DNA of 64,000 nucleotides from a virus: IMG/VR virus record IMGVR_UViG_3300020204_000007, positions 105,060 to 169,059 of that record; one strand, 5' to 3'. Shown piece by piece: positions 49,433 to 59,834 of this stretch (position 1 is its first letter; each line of letters starts with the position of its first letter). The notes under the pieces were generated by a model. It saw only the letters and a program-made list of their open reading frames with translations, ran no database searches and was not told where the DNA came from. The position numbers and the translations under genes were made by a program.

Positions 49433-51893
49433 TTTCCATTATACGCAACTAACTCAAATGATGAATATTGTGGCAAGATTTGAGTTAATTGTCCATCAAT
49501 AGTTTGCGTACTAAATCCATCAACTGTAACATTACCAGTATTTATGTTTTTAAAAAATAAAACGCAACCGTCTTTATTGAGAGCCGTAGGTAAATTTATA
49601 GTAATTGCTGAAGCTGAATTACAAACATAGATGTTATTTACTGGTAATGTTGATAGCGTAGTTGTTGTAGTTAATTCAACAACATAATATTGTAAATAAA
49701 AATCTCGCATAAATACTGGAGTGGGTTTAAATTTAGATGTATAAGTAGCCATATTAACCTCTATTACGCCCAATATCCATTAGACACAGTCCATGCCGTT
49801 CCGCTTGCGTTTGATCCTAAAGCTAGGCTAACGGAAGAAGAAGTCACAGACCATGTATTTGTGTATGAACTGCCGTTGCTCAATCCTTGAATTGTTGAAC
49901 TAATACCAGAGACTGTTCCATAATTTAATTGGATATTATTATTAGAATAAAAAATAATCTCGACAGTAAAATTGTCTGCGTTATTAGAGTAAGAAGTTCC
50001 GCGCCAATAAATTCTATATCGATCTACACCTTTTAACCGCGACATACTTCCCGCTTGAAACTCATATAAACGACGATCTGCCGATAAAAAGTGCAGAGCG
50101 CGACCTGGGGATGATGGAGAATAACTAGAAAATTGGCTTGAGGCAACACCAAATGTTATATAACCATTGCTACCAATATAAATACCGCCATTATTATTAT
50201 TTCCATAATTTGTGCCAAAAAAATTGAACGTAAATGGTATAGTAGCAGCAAAATATGAATCGTCAATATTACCAGAATAAATCAAAGTTAAACCAGCGGT
50301 GCCGTAAATTCCCTCAAAACCTGGTGTAACGTTTGGTGTTGGAGGTGGTGGCGGTGGTGGCGGTTTTTTAGATAAAGCCCGAAGGCTCGGAAGAGCAAAC
50401 ATTTTTTACACCACCGTATTGCCTGAGACGTTATAAACATCTGTTGAATAACTAATAATTGAAACTGCTCCATGTTGAGCAGCAATTTTCAATCCACTAG
50501 ATGAATTTAATGTTGTGCTACTTGCTGCAATAGTTACTTGTCCAGAACCAATTTGAATAACAGAACAGTTAAACCCTAATCCAAGTCCTGCGGGAACTAT
50601 AATTGTAGTTCCACCACCATTGTTAACAGTAATAATTTTTCCATTATCAGTAGATTGCAGAGTATAAGAATTTGTTTGAGCATTAATTGCAGAAGATGTT
50701 AGTCCATAACCACCAGAAGAAACTGCAGAAAATGTTTTTGTTCCTGCAAATGTCTGCGTAGTAGTGCTAACTAATCCATCCACAGAGGCGGTTGCTAATG
50801 GAACACTTGCCCAGCTTAATGTTCCAAGACCATCTGTGCTTAAAAATTGACCGCTTGAACCTTCTGCTGCTGGTAAAGTCCATGTAACATTAGATGCAAT
50901 ATTTACTGGGCTTTTTAGTGCAACGTAATTCGAACCATTTGCTGGCAATTCATTAAACCTAATTGAACCGGCAGAATCGATTGCAATATTTCCAGTAAAT
51001 GTTTGGTCGCCATCTAGAGTTGCTATAGTAGATGTTCTATCTGGTGCGGATAATGAATGATTAGTAGATAAATTTGAATAATTGACGGAGAAAACCCTTC
51101 CGGCGTTATTTATGACGCTGAATATATCAGTAGTAAAAAACATTCTGGCAAAACCAGAAGACGGAGAGGATGGCGCTGAAGACTCTTGTTTAAAATCAAC
51201 ATACGCTGTCCCTGCAACTCCAGTACCTTTTACAGATAGGAATGTAAATGCACCAGAGCTTGCTGTTGTTGCACCAATTGATGAAGAATCAATGGTTTTG
51301 TTAGTTAAGGCTTCAGAACCAGCTAGTGTCGCTAGCGTACCAGAAGTTGGTAATGTAATGCTAGTAACGCCTGTAGTAGTTAACGTAATGTTATTACTAC
51401 CGTAAGTAAAAGAACCTGCGTTATCGACTCCAGTACCACCGCGAGTAGAAGCTAATTGAGCTTCGCTAGTTAATGCTCCAGAGCTCCAATAGGCAACATG
51501 GTTTGTAGTGCCAGAACCAAGAGCTATAGTTCCGTTTGTATTTGGAATTGTTAGTGTTCTAGAAACACCGGTGGTGATGCCAGATAGTTGAAAATATAAT
51601 TTTTTAGTATTATCTGTGTCATTAACAAAATAAACAGAACTATCTAATAGTGCAGTATTTGTTAATGTGCCGCCAACATTTGATAAAGCAGTAGGTGCCC
51701 AATCGGAAGCATTAGAGCCAAATTTTACATATAAAGAACCGTTTGATCTTAGGTAAAGAGATCCAAGTGGAGCCGTGATAAATAATGTTGTTGGATCAGC
51801 CGATCCAGTTTCAATATAGGCGGCTTCGCCCAATTTAATTTTAGATTTAAGCGATTTAACATAATCGCCATTAAATATAACAGCGCTGCTCAT
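49417..51893 (-). other. three fibre/accessory structural proteins (50406-51893, 49764-50402, 49417-49773)
   Basis: S/T/G-rich; ITINLP..DGQ and YTLxxxDxGK..IQxGxGQVT fibre domains. Confidence 0.6.
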
Positions 51894-51970
51894 GCTGTGC
51901 CTTTAGTTATTTTTAGCCGAGGCTAAAACTTATAAGTGGCTTGCGCCAGTAATATTTAATTGTATCACAA

Positions 51971-52485
51971 TTATGTTTTTGCCGGAGATGCAGTTTTAAC
52001 CCAATTATTTTTGATTGCTAAGGTGACCATTTCTTGCTGAGTTGCTGGAATCTGCACGCCTTGTTCTAAACATTTTGCTTGGCAAACTGCAACAATTTGT
52101 TGAATTGCTATTTGAGCTCTTTCTTTAAATGTATTTGCCAGCCATGCTTGTGATGATTCACACACAACTCTCATAGCTTCTTCATCTAGTTCACTAATTT
52201 GTACAGTTACTAATGGCATAAATATTATTCCGGAGCAGGTGATTGAACAACTGCAGCAATTACAACCCAGCCATTTAAAATGGCAAGATCAACCATTTCC
52301 TCTTTTGAATTTGGGATTTGTGTTTGAGTTTCAAGACATTTTGCGACACACAATTGAACAATTTCATCAATTGCGATTTGGGCACGGCTCTTGACGGCGT
52401 TTTTAGCCCACTCTTGGGGCGAAAGAGCCGCCACACTCAACGCTTTGAGCTCGGTTTCCGTGAGGTTTATTGTTATGTCCTGCAT
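51971..52485 (-). other. two paralogous small proteins (52225-52485, 51971-52219), possible fibre chaperones
   Basis: Shared QxW..RAQIAIxxIV..KCLE..QIP..EMVxLAIxNxWV. Confidence 0.7.
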
Positions 52486-52498
52486 ATTATTCTCCTTT

Positions 52499-53047
52499 TT
52501 ATCCTATTAAATAGCAAATAACACCAGTGTGAGGTTCTGCCCACGAATATGTTGTCGTTCCGGAATAATAAAAATCAATATAATCGTTTGCTGCGCAATC
52601 TACCATAGCAGACACGTTCATGTCGTATGTATTGTCATTATTGCTATACGCATATCTTACTGTGTTTGAGTTTTTCCTTATATGTAAATAAACAGCTGTT
52701 CCAACGGTGTCTACAAGCTGTTGAGCCTGAATAAAATATTTTCCTGCAACCGGAACCGTAATCCTAGATTGCCCAGCATTTACAGCAAATCCAACATTAA
52801 AAGAAGTCACTAGGTTGGGATTATAATTAGAAGTGTTCGATGTGTATGTTGAGAATGAACCACTAAACATTGGTCTATTCGGAGTAAACACGTTTCCGCT
52901 AACGTTTACTGCTGTACCAGTAAATGCAATAGTTGTGCCACTAAAAGTCTTATTACCCGCAAACGATTGTGTCCCTGTGCTAACCAGTCCACTTTGCGTT
53001 TCTGTCGCAATACCCGAAGATTGCTGTTTAATTACTGATGATGACAT
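52499..53047 (-). CDS. C1q/TNF-like domain fibre protein
   Basis: PMF..ITVPVAGKYFI..DYIDF..YLIG. Confidence 0.7.
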   Translation of the reverse strand: MSSSVIKQQSSGIATETQSGLVSTGTQSFAGNKTFSGTTIAFTGTAVNVSGNVFTPNRPMFSGSFSTYTSNTSNYNPNLVTSFNVGFAVNAGQSRITVPVAGKYFIQAQQLVDTVGTAVYLHIRKNSNTVRYAYSNNDNTYDMNVSAMVDCAANDYIDFYYSGTTTYSWAEPHTGVICYLIG

Positions 53048-53050
53048 ATG

Positions 53051-53515
53051 TTACCCCACTAAATATCCACAAATCCAATTATATTCACCGTTTCCTCCGT
53101 CCGCGTACAACGAGGTTGCAGCATCTGCCGAAATCCTAACATCTAAAATATCGCCAACATTTGCTTTTAATAACCACCATTGTCCGGCTGTATAATTAAA
53201 ACCAGTATATGCTTCGGTAGAGCGCAGCTGTTGGTTTTCATTAGTTCCGTTTTTATAAGCATTCATACGAACTACAACATTGTTTGCATTTTGTCGCAAA
53301 TAGCTTGCACCTATTAAATACAGTCCAGCAACAGGGCAAGTAAATCGCATTGTTGACGTATTAAAATGAGAGCCATTATTAAATTTTACCGTTCCTCCTG
53401 TAGGAGGAAGAGCAGCGGTTCCTGTTAAAGACATTGCCCCAGGCCACCCTATAAAAAAAGAAGGGCGTTCAGGAAAAACAGGGTAACTGCTTTGTATTAA
53501 TGGTACTTTTGCCAT
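53051..53515 (-). CDS. C1q/TNF-like domain protein
   Basis: PSF..FTCPVAGLYLI..GDILDV..GYLVG. Confidence 0.75.
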   Translation of the reverse strand: MAKVPLIQSSYPVFPERPSFFIGWPGAMSLTGTAALPPTGGTVKFNNGSHFNTSTMRFTCPVAGLYLIGASYLRQNANNVVVRMNAYKNGTNENQQLRSTEAYTGFNYTAGQWWLLKANVGDILDVRISADAATSLYADGGNGEYNWICGYLVG

Positions 53516-53526
53516 GTTTTTCTCCG

Positions 53527-56500
53527 TTAACCTATTAGTTTGCCTGAAAAATACCCTAAATTTTCTCCGTAATAATAATCAACACCTGCGGCACACGCAT
53601 GTATTCCGCATTGCACATACTGACCCGCAGTTAGCGATAACATCATATGTGCAAGCACCCAATCATGATCATTACTTTGGGTTACCCAACTATAGGCACA
53701 ACCACGAGGTGAAATATTCGATCCATTTAAATAAAAAGTAGGCTCAAGTTGACCAGCTGCAGAAGAATATCGATGAGTTATACCAAAATGAAATTCGTAT
53801 ATCCCGGATACAGGAGCGGTAAAACGACCAGTTGATGTGTCATAGCAGCCATTTACATTTAATCTAGTGTTTCCAAATTTAGGGGCAATAGTACCAAATG
53901 CACCGGTTAGTGTGCTAGCTATCCCCCCTGTTTGCCACGCATAAAATGCGGGAATATTTGGTGTTAATAGATATCCCGCATTCGTTAGGGAACCAATTCC
54001 TGTACCAGCTGAATTTCGGAAAGCGATACCATTTGTATCTTTAGCCTGAACTGTACTAAAACTTACGTTTGTTGACTCAATCTGCAACGGCAAACTCGCA
54101 CCAACCGCAGGTCCATTCAAGCTAAACTGCACAACCGCAGACGTAAATCCCGCAATCGAAGGTAAAGTAATCTGAACAAGACCAGCCGCTGTGGCGTCAA
54201 CGTCAAACCCAAGTGGCGGAGTATCGCCCGTAGTTTGGTTACTGACAAGATAGTTTGTTCCAGCACCATTCTTAGTAACCTGAACTTTGATACCAAAACG
54301 CAGCGGGGTAGTTGCGTTAATATAAACCCAACCAGTCAACTCTACATTATCATATGCCGAAGCATTCTGAATAGTCGTAACTGCGTTATTGGTAAGACCA
54401 ATCTGCGTATATGCATTTGTTCCACCAATTGTAGAACCGGTCATATTGAAGAAATCAAGCGCAGTCGTAGTACGGGCAATACCAACGGGCTTGGAAATTT
54501 GACCCACAACGGAAGGTGGAGTGGTTGAAATTTTACCAGCTTCGGATGCGGAGAGGAAATACACTTCTCCGGGCGTGAGAAACCCGCCGCCAACAATAAG
54601 GTTAGCTCCAACCGACGATACTTCGCCGCCGAGACAAACCTCGAACTTATTTGAATCGATTACCCTGCTAATAAGCGCAGAAACTTCGGCAGTAGCCTCA
54701 ATATCGGCTTTTGCAAATGCATATGCGGAACCGTTAAGATACAACGGACGACCAACATCAGCCGAAGTAAATCCGTGGGATGCTTGCGTAATCGATAAAA
54801 CTGAACCGCCCGAACCAACGGCTTGTTCGGTGCCCGATGAGTTTAAGGTGTAAAGTTTACTGTCTGCTTTAGCATAAACCTGAATCCCGTCTGCCGGAGC
54901 AATTGCAGGCGTTGCGTTAGTTTTTAATACAATTCCGTCACTAAATGTTTTTGTGCCCGAAAACGTTTGAGTTCCTGTACTAACAACCCCTGCGTATAGT
55001 TCAGTCGCATACGTATCGTTTAGGTCTACAATTGCGCTTGTGGCTAAAACCCACCGAGAATTTACAGAATCCCAGTCCAAACCAACCCAACCGCCATTAA
55101 CATCGCACACGAGGGGTTCGTTAATAGCTAGATTATGGATTCTTTGTCCAGAGGCTGGAATGATCGTTAGGTTGTTTGTTTGCCAGGTAAAGTTAGCGTC
55201 TTTAATCTCAATTCTAGAGTTTGCGCTGCCGAGGGGAAGAGTAACAGAAAAAGAGCCTGCAAAAGTATTAGCTAAATATTTAGTTTGTTTGGACAAAACG
55301 GTAGCGGAAGAAATTGTAAGAATCTTGATAGCACTCAATGAAGACCAATTTCCGTCGGAATACCCCTCATAAAAAGAATCCGTTGAGTTGTATCTTACCA
55401 TTCCGTCTGTCGCCGTAAAGGCAGACCGTTCTGTGTTTGTACCAACTGGAATTTTTAAAGCAGCGGTACTACTAATCGCAATTGTTTTGTCGACGTTATA
55501 GGGCGTGATCTGATCAATAATTGGATTAAACAACGTTTTATTAGAAAGATTGTCCGTTGTGCTTCTGCCCACCAAAGTTTCTGTAATTGCGGGAAAGCTA
55601 TAAACAACCGAAGAGGTCAGGCTAGGAATTTTAAACTCTGCGGCATAAGCTTCGGTGGAGGGAGTTAACCTAATGTTGCCAGAACCTGCGGGAGCCTTAA
55701 ATTCCCAACTAGTTCTGCTATTACCAATTTTTGCATAGCCGACAATACTTGCATTTTCCTCAATACCAAGACCAGCTCCGTCTCCAGAAGAGGATGCACC
55801 TTGTTTATTGAGGGTAATATTTTTGTCGGTAACCTCCATATCGGTAACATTAACGCTATTTAAGGTTCCAACAATATTAATAGTATCGCCAGAGCCACCA
55901 ATATTAATTGTTGTTGCGCCCGAGCCAGTACCCAAGTTAATAGTTTTGGTAGAGCTGCCTGTTCCAAGATTCAAAACAGACGTATTTGAGGTTGCTCCGA
56001 CATTTAGTGCAGCGGACGGCGCTGTTGATTCTATGCCAAATCCGCTTGAAAAAGTTAAAGATCCGGACATACTGTCGCCCGTTTTTGCGACTTTTTTCTC
56101 ATCTAGCTCATCGATTGCAGCCTGAGCGTCTATTGACGTGATGTTTCCGCCCGGTTGAATTGAAATTTTGAAGGCAGAAATTGCCGCAGATGGGTTAACA
56201 TCAGCATCCATAATTAGAGACGTTGAAAGCAAGCCGGCGACATCATTATGAACAACACCGACCGTAGATAAACCGGAAACAGCAACATTTCCTGTAAATG
56301 TCTTGTTCCCCGAAAAAGACTGAGAAGATATTGTAACTATTCCAGGCTCAGTGGTACTGGCTTCCTGAATTTTGCTACCCTGTATGTTCGCGGCGGCACC
56401 AACGTCAGCGTCTGTTATTAAACTTGAACTTAAAACTCCAGCGGCAGAAGCCTTCACGATTCCATTTGTTAGTTCATGAAAAGTAACAGTTCCGTTATCG

Positions 56501-58440
56501 GTAATTGTTACTAAATTTACTCCGAGTTCGCTAATTAGTTTAAATGATGCAGCTGTGCCCGCAATTCCCCTTAAAACCAAACCATTTGTTGTTGATTTAA
56601 AAAGATTTGCTCCAGAAATTGGTTCAAATCCTGTAATTTTTACAGAACCAGCCGATAAGTCTCCGGTTGTCTGAATGTTCTGTGAACCAAAGTTAGGGAT
56701 AATTTTTGTTCCTGAAATTCCGGCAGCGCCGTCAATGTCTGAATTTTGAATTAAAGAAGATGATAGCTGTCCGTCAACATCTGATCGCACTATGCCGGTT
56801 CCAAAGCTAGAAAGCTTTAAATTTGAAAACTCAGCCGACGATGTTTTTTGCAAATCCTGATCAATAGTTAAGTTCGTATTAAACTTAACTGTTACATTAT
56901 CTGTCGATTCGCTGGTTAAAAGCAGGGTTTTTGCCAAAGCTTGTGGCTTTAAATCAATTATGCCTGAATGAGCAGGTGCCCTAACCTCCCAACTCATGCG
57001 CGTAGCGCCAACGTGAACATATCCATTTAATAACAAACGAGCGCCACTTGCTCCAGAAACGCCCGTTTCATCCAAAGAAGCGTTTGTTCTTTGAGGGTTA
57101 ACTACGTCCACATAACCAACGTTGACCGTAGTTACCTTAAAAGTACCGTTGTTTTGGTTATTTAAAAAATTTGTCACGCGAATATATTCGCCAGCAGCTA
57201 ATCCATCAACGCCACTTCCGGCACCATCGACTATATATCTAACTGTATTTCCAGATTGCCAAATAGCATCTAACAAATCAATATGCGCACCGGCATATTC
57301 TTCTTGAACGTACAGTCCAGATTCCTGAGAATCTTGTCCAGAAGCGTTGAAATTTACAACAATATTTTTATCTTCGGAGACATATTCAACCGGGGTTGTA
57401 TATGTGGCTCCCGAGATATTTACGGTAGAATTAAGTCCACCGATTGTAATTGTATTGTATCCAATACCCGTACCAATTGAAATGTTTTTATTTGTGTTGC
57501 CCGCCAAAACACTAATATCATCGGTATCCGACTCGATTGTATCAACAAAAAGGGCGCCGGTTGTCTGAACGTTCTGTGAACCAAAGTCAGGGATAATTTT
57601 TGTTCCCTGAATGGCGGCATTAACTCCCACATCGACATCAATTATTTTTGAAGAGCTAAGTAATCCATTACTATTTGTGTGTACAACTCCGGGAGTGTTA
57701 ATTCCGGCTCCCAGAGAAGGCACCACCAGCTGATCGGTGCCGATTGGATTAGAAAGAACGGTCGCGCCTAATTCATTTTCCAAAACAAAACTAGACGTAG
57801 AGCCGGCGTACCCACTTGAAACCATACCTTTTACGGGATCTAGATAGAGCGAAGCGGAAGTAGGAGTGCCGCCCGGGGTAAGCGTTAAAATCGGTGTTTT
57901 TGTTTTGACGGTTAACGTGATTTCGTCAAAAGTTGGATTTCCGGTGTCAGATAAATTTTGCGATAATTTAATTTTTTGAGAATCGGCATCTAACTCCAGA
58001 CCATTAAAAAAAGATGGATTCCAAACGCTTGGCTGAGGTTCTGCCCCGGTTCTCATAACTAAACGAGTATGCTGGTCGGCCAAAAGAGAAACAATTTGAG
58101 GAATTGTTAAAACGGCGGTGGCGAAATCCGTAACATTTGAAGAGGTCAATATTAACTCAGCCTCTTCAACGTTTGCTCTATATGCGATTTGACTCCCAAT
58201 AACGGTGGAAGTCCACGAAACGGTTCGAGTGTCTATGAGATTTACAAATGCTGGGATTTCAGTTGTGACCCAATCTGCAACGGTAGACGTTCCCTGGGAT
58301 ATATAAAGCTTTTTAGCGACAATATCATAATACCCTTGTCCCACAAACAGTGGAACGGAAGAGGGGGCGGTTGACCCAATTGTAATACGCAATTCGTGAA
58401 TGTCTTCGCCGATTAGGTCTTTATGTAAAATTTCAGCCAT
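53527..58440 (-). CDS. long tail fibre with C-terminal C1q-like domain
   Basis: 1637 aa; internal GxLSSSxIxxxD..KI repeats; FTAPVSGIYEF..FSGKLIG. Confidence 0.75.
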   Translation of the reverse strand: MAEILHKDLIGEDIHELRITIGSTAPSSVPLFVGQGYYDIVAKKLYISQGTSTVADWVTTEIPAFVNLIDTRTVSWTSTVIGSQIAYRANVEEAELILTSSNVTDFATAVLTIPQIVSLLADQHTRLVMRTGAEPQPSVWNPSFFNGLELDADSQKIKLSQNLSDTGNPTFDEITLTVKTKTPILTLTPGGTPTSASLYLDPVKGMVSSGYAGSTSSFVLENELGATVLSNPIGTDQLVVPSLGAGINTPGVVHTNSNGLLSSSKIIDVDVGVNAAIQGTKIIPDFGSQNVQTTGALFVDTIESDTDDISVLAGNTNKNISIGTGIGYNTITIGGLNSTVNISGATYTTPVEYVSEDKNIVVNFNASGQDSQESGLYVQEEYAGAHIDLLDAIWQSGNTVRYIVDGAGSGVDGLAAGEYIRVTNFLNNQNNGTFKVTTVNVGYVDVVNPQRTNASLDETGVSGASGARLLLNGYVHVGATRMSWEVRAPAHSGIIDLKPQALAKTLLLTSESTDNVTVKFNTNLTIDQDLQKTSSAEFSNLKLSSFGTGIVRSDVDGQLSSSLIQNSDIDGAAGISGTKIIPNFGSQNIQTTGDLSAGSVKITGFEPISGANLFKSTTNGLVLRGIAGTAASFKLISELGVNLVTITDNGTVTFHELTNGIVKASAAGVLSSSLITDADVGAAANIQGSKIQEASTTEPGIVTISSQSFSGNKTFTGNVAVSGLSTVGVVHNDVAGLLSTSLIMDADVNPSAAISAFKISIQPGGNITSIDAQAAIDELDEKKVAKTGDSMSGSLTFSSGFGIESTAPSAALNVGATSNTSVLNLGTGSSTKTINLGTGSGATTINIGGSGDTINIVGTLNSVNVTDMEVTDKNITLNKQGASSSGDGAGLGIEENASIVGYAKIGNSRTSWEFKAPAGSGNIRLTPSTEAYAAEFKIPSLTSSVVYSFPAITETLVGRSTTDNLSNKTLFNPIIDQITPYNVDKTIAISSTAALKIPVGTNTERSAFTATDGMVRYNSTDSFYEGYSDGNWSSLSAIKILTISSATVLSKQTKYLANTFAGSFSVTLPLGSANSRIEIKDANFTWQTNNLTIIPASGQRIHNLAINEPLVCDVNGGWVGLDWDSVNSRWVLATSAIVDLNDTYATELYAGVVSTGTQTFSGTKTFSDGIVLKTNATPAIAPADGIQVYAKADSKLYTLNSSGTEQAVGSGGSVLSITQASHGFTSADVGRPLYLNGSAYAFAKADIEATAEVSALISRVIDSNKFEVCLGGEVSSVGANLIVGGGFLTPGEVYFLSASEAGKISTTPPSVVGQISKPVGIARTTTALDFFNMTGSTIGGTNAYTQIGLTNNAVTTIQNASAYDNVELTGWVYINATTPLRFGIKVQVTKNGAGTNYLVSNQTTGDTPPLGFDVDATAAGLVQITLPSIAGFTSAVVQFSLNGPAVGASLPLQIESTNVSFSTVQAKDTNGIAFRNSAGTGIGSLTNAGYLLTPNIPAFYAWQTGGIASTLTGAFGTIAPKFGNTRLNVNGCYDTSTGRFTAPVSGIYEFHFGITHRYSSAAGQLEPTFYLNGSNISPRGCAYSWVTQSNDHDWVLAHMMLSLTAGQYVQCGIHACAAGVDYYYGENLGYFSGKLIG

Positions 58441-58497
58441 TTCGCCCTCTTAGGGAAATTTAGGTAGAACGATATAGGATTATTTTACAATAATGAC

Positions 58498-58523
58498 TAA
58501 AGTTTCTCAAGCAATTTCCGAAT
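58498..58523 (+). promoter_or_regulatory. sigma-28-type promoter variant
   Basis: TAAAGTTTCTCAAGCAATTTCCGAAT, same spacing. Confidence 0.55.
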
Positions 58524-58617
58524 AGAAGGGTATAAGGAGGACAAGTCATGCAAAATATTCTTCTTGCAATGTTGGGGGTTATTTTGGTATCTTCATTAAT
58601 GCTGCTTATGACGATTA

Positions 58618-58902
58618 ATGACAGAGAGGTTTCTCGTGACGATGAAAAAACTCAAAGAGGAGAATGAAGTTTTAAAACAAATCATTCAGGACACTATGTG
58701 GATGGCCTTTAGGTACGTAGACGGGCGGTCTACGTATGCGCCCAGTATGTTCAATCTGGCCGTCCATAAGCTAGACAGCTTAGAACTGTCTCATTTACAC
58801 GCAGGAGACCCTGTAACTAATAATAGACGTTTTGCAGAAGATGGAATGCTTGGTGAGTGGAATCCAGAGTTAAGAGATTTTATTAAAAAGGAGAAGTTAT
58901 GA
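58618..58902 (+). CDS. hypothetical protein, paralogue of 5527-5790
   Basis: QDTMWMAFRYVDGRSTYAPSMFN. Confidence 0.75.
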   Translation: MTERFLVTMKKLKEENEVLKQIIQDTMWMAFRYVDGRSTYAPSMFNLAVHKLDSLELSHLHAGDPVTNNRRFAEDGMLGEWNPELRDFIKKEKL

Positions 58903-59417
58903 AAATTGGCATTAACGGTATTTCTTATAGCAAGACTGAGCGCAAGTATTTGGTTAGAACTTACAAAGATTCTAAGACGGTCTACTTGGGACGGTTTAGT
59001 TCTTTAGAAGAAGCTCAAGCTGCTCTTAGGGCACATGAAGAACCAGAGCAAACACAAGACAGTAATACCCCTATCTTGAACTCTATTAGAGCGCAGTTTG
59101 CTCCTACCAAAAAGTCTAATAAAAAGAAAGTATCTGTGGCTAAATCTACCCCTAAGCCCGATGTGTTCGTACTTAATAATAAATCACACGTAACAACCAA
59201 AAAACCATCAAAGATTAAGTCTTCTTCAAAATCCGCCGTAGGAACACCCACAGGAGAATTGACAGTCAAGGGAATTGATGAGGCAGCCCTTAACAAGCAA
59301 TTAGCGCAAAAAACTCTTGACTTAATTCTTAATTATCTAGTTGAGCTGGCTGACGAAAGGCAGACAACTGTCTTTAATGTTATTGTTCATGAAGTGGCGA
59401 GACTTGTTAAGAAATAA
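58899..59417 (+). CDS. AP2-like DNA-binding domain protein
   Basis: GIS..KY..YLGRFSSLEEAxAA. Confidence 0.7.
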   Translation: MKIGINGISYSKTERKYLVRTYKDSKTVYLGRFSSLEEAQAALRAHEEPEQTQDSNTPILNSIRAQFAPTKKSNKKKVSVAKSTPKPDVFVLNNKSHVTTKKPSKIKSSSKSAVGTPTGELTVKGIDEAALNKQLAQKTLDLILNYLVELADERQTTVFNVIVHEVARLVKK

Positions 59418-59441
59418 AAAAAAGGGGGCTTCAAGCCCCCT
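59416..59441 (-). terminator. intrinsic terminator between convergent genes
   Basis: AGGGGGCT-TCA-AGCCCCCT with A-run on its left side. Confidence 0.75.
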
Positions 59442-59447
59442 AGATAT

Positions 59448-59825
59448 TTACGCTAACCAGCAGTAAACTCTACACTTTCCATCTGGGTTGCCAATTCCTA
59501 TGTGAGTGGCCAATGAATACGCCGCAAACTTGGTGCGAGGCGGAAATAAACACATAGGCCCAGCATAGTTTTCAATCGGTAAGCTTTGTCCGGGGGCAAG
59601 ACAAAGTATTTTTTGCCAAGCTCCTTCTAAGCTAGAAGGATTTGCAATTAAAACTTGTACTTCTTGATCCGAGTCGTTGTGAAAAATAATTTTATGAGAC
59701 TGATCTGCCAATGTAATTAACATTGCTGGCGCAAGCTCTGTAGCGGCGGCCAAAGCAACTTTTGTCGCTTCGCCGTAATCTAATTTTAATCCACCCACGC
59801 CGTTATCAGAAAAAATGTTTGGCAT
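59448..59825 (-). CDS. hypothetical protein (likely virion)
   Basis: GAGG RBS, follows prohead protease. Confidence 0.6.
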   Translation of the reverse strand: MPNIFSDNGVGGLKLDYGEATKVALAAATELAPAMLITLADQSHKIIFHNDSDQEVQVLIANPSSLEGAWQKILCLAPGQSLPIENYAGPMCLFPPRTKFAAYSLATHIGIGNPDGKCRVYCWLA

Positions 59826-59834
59826 ATCAACCTC

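Noticed and set aside
52499-54000. Diversity-generating retroelement targeting fibre tips
   Set aside because: No reverse transcriptase and no adenine-variant template repeat seen in the window
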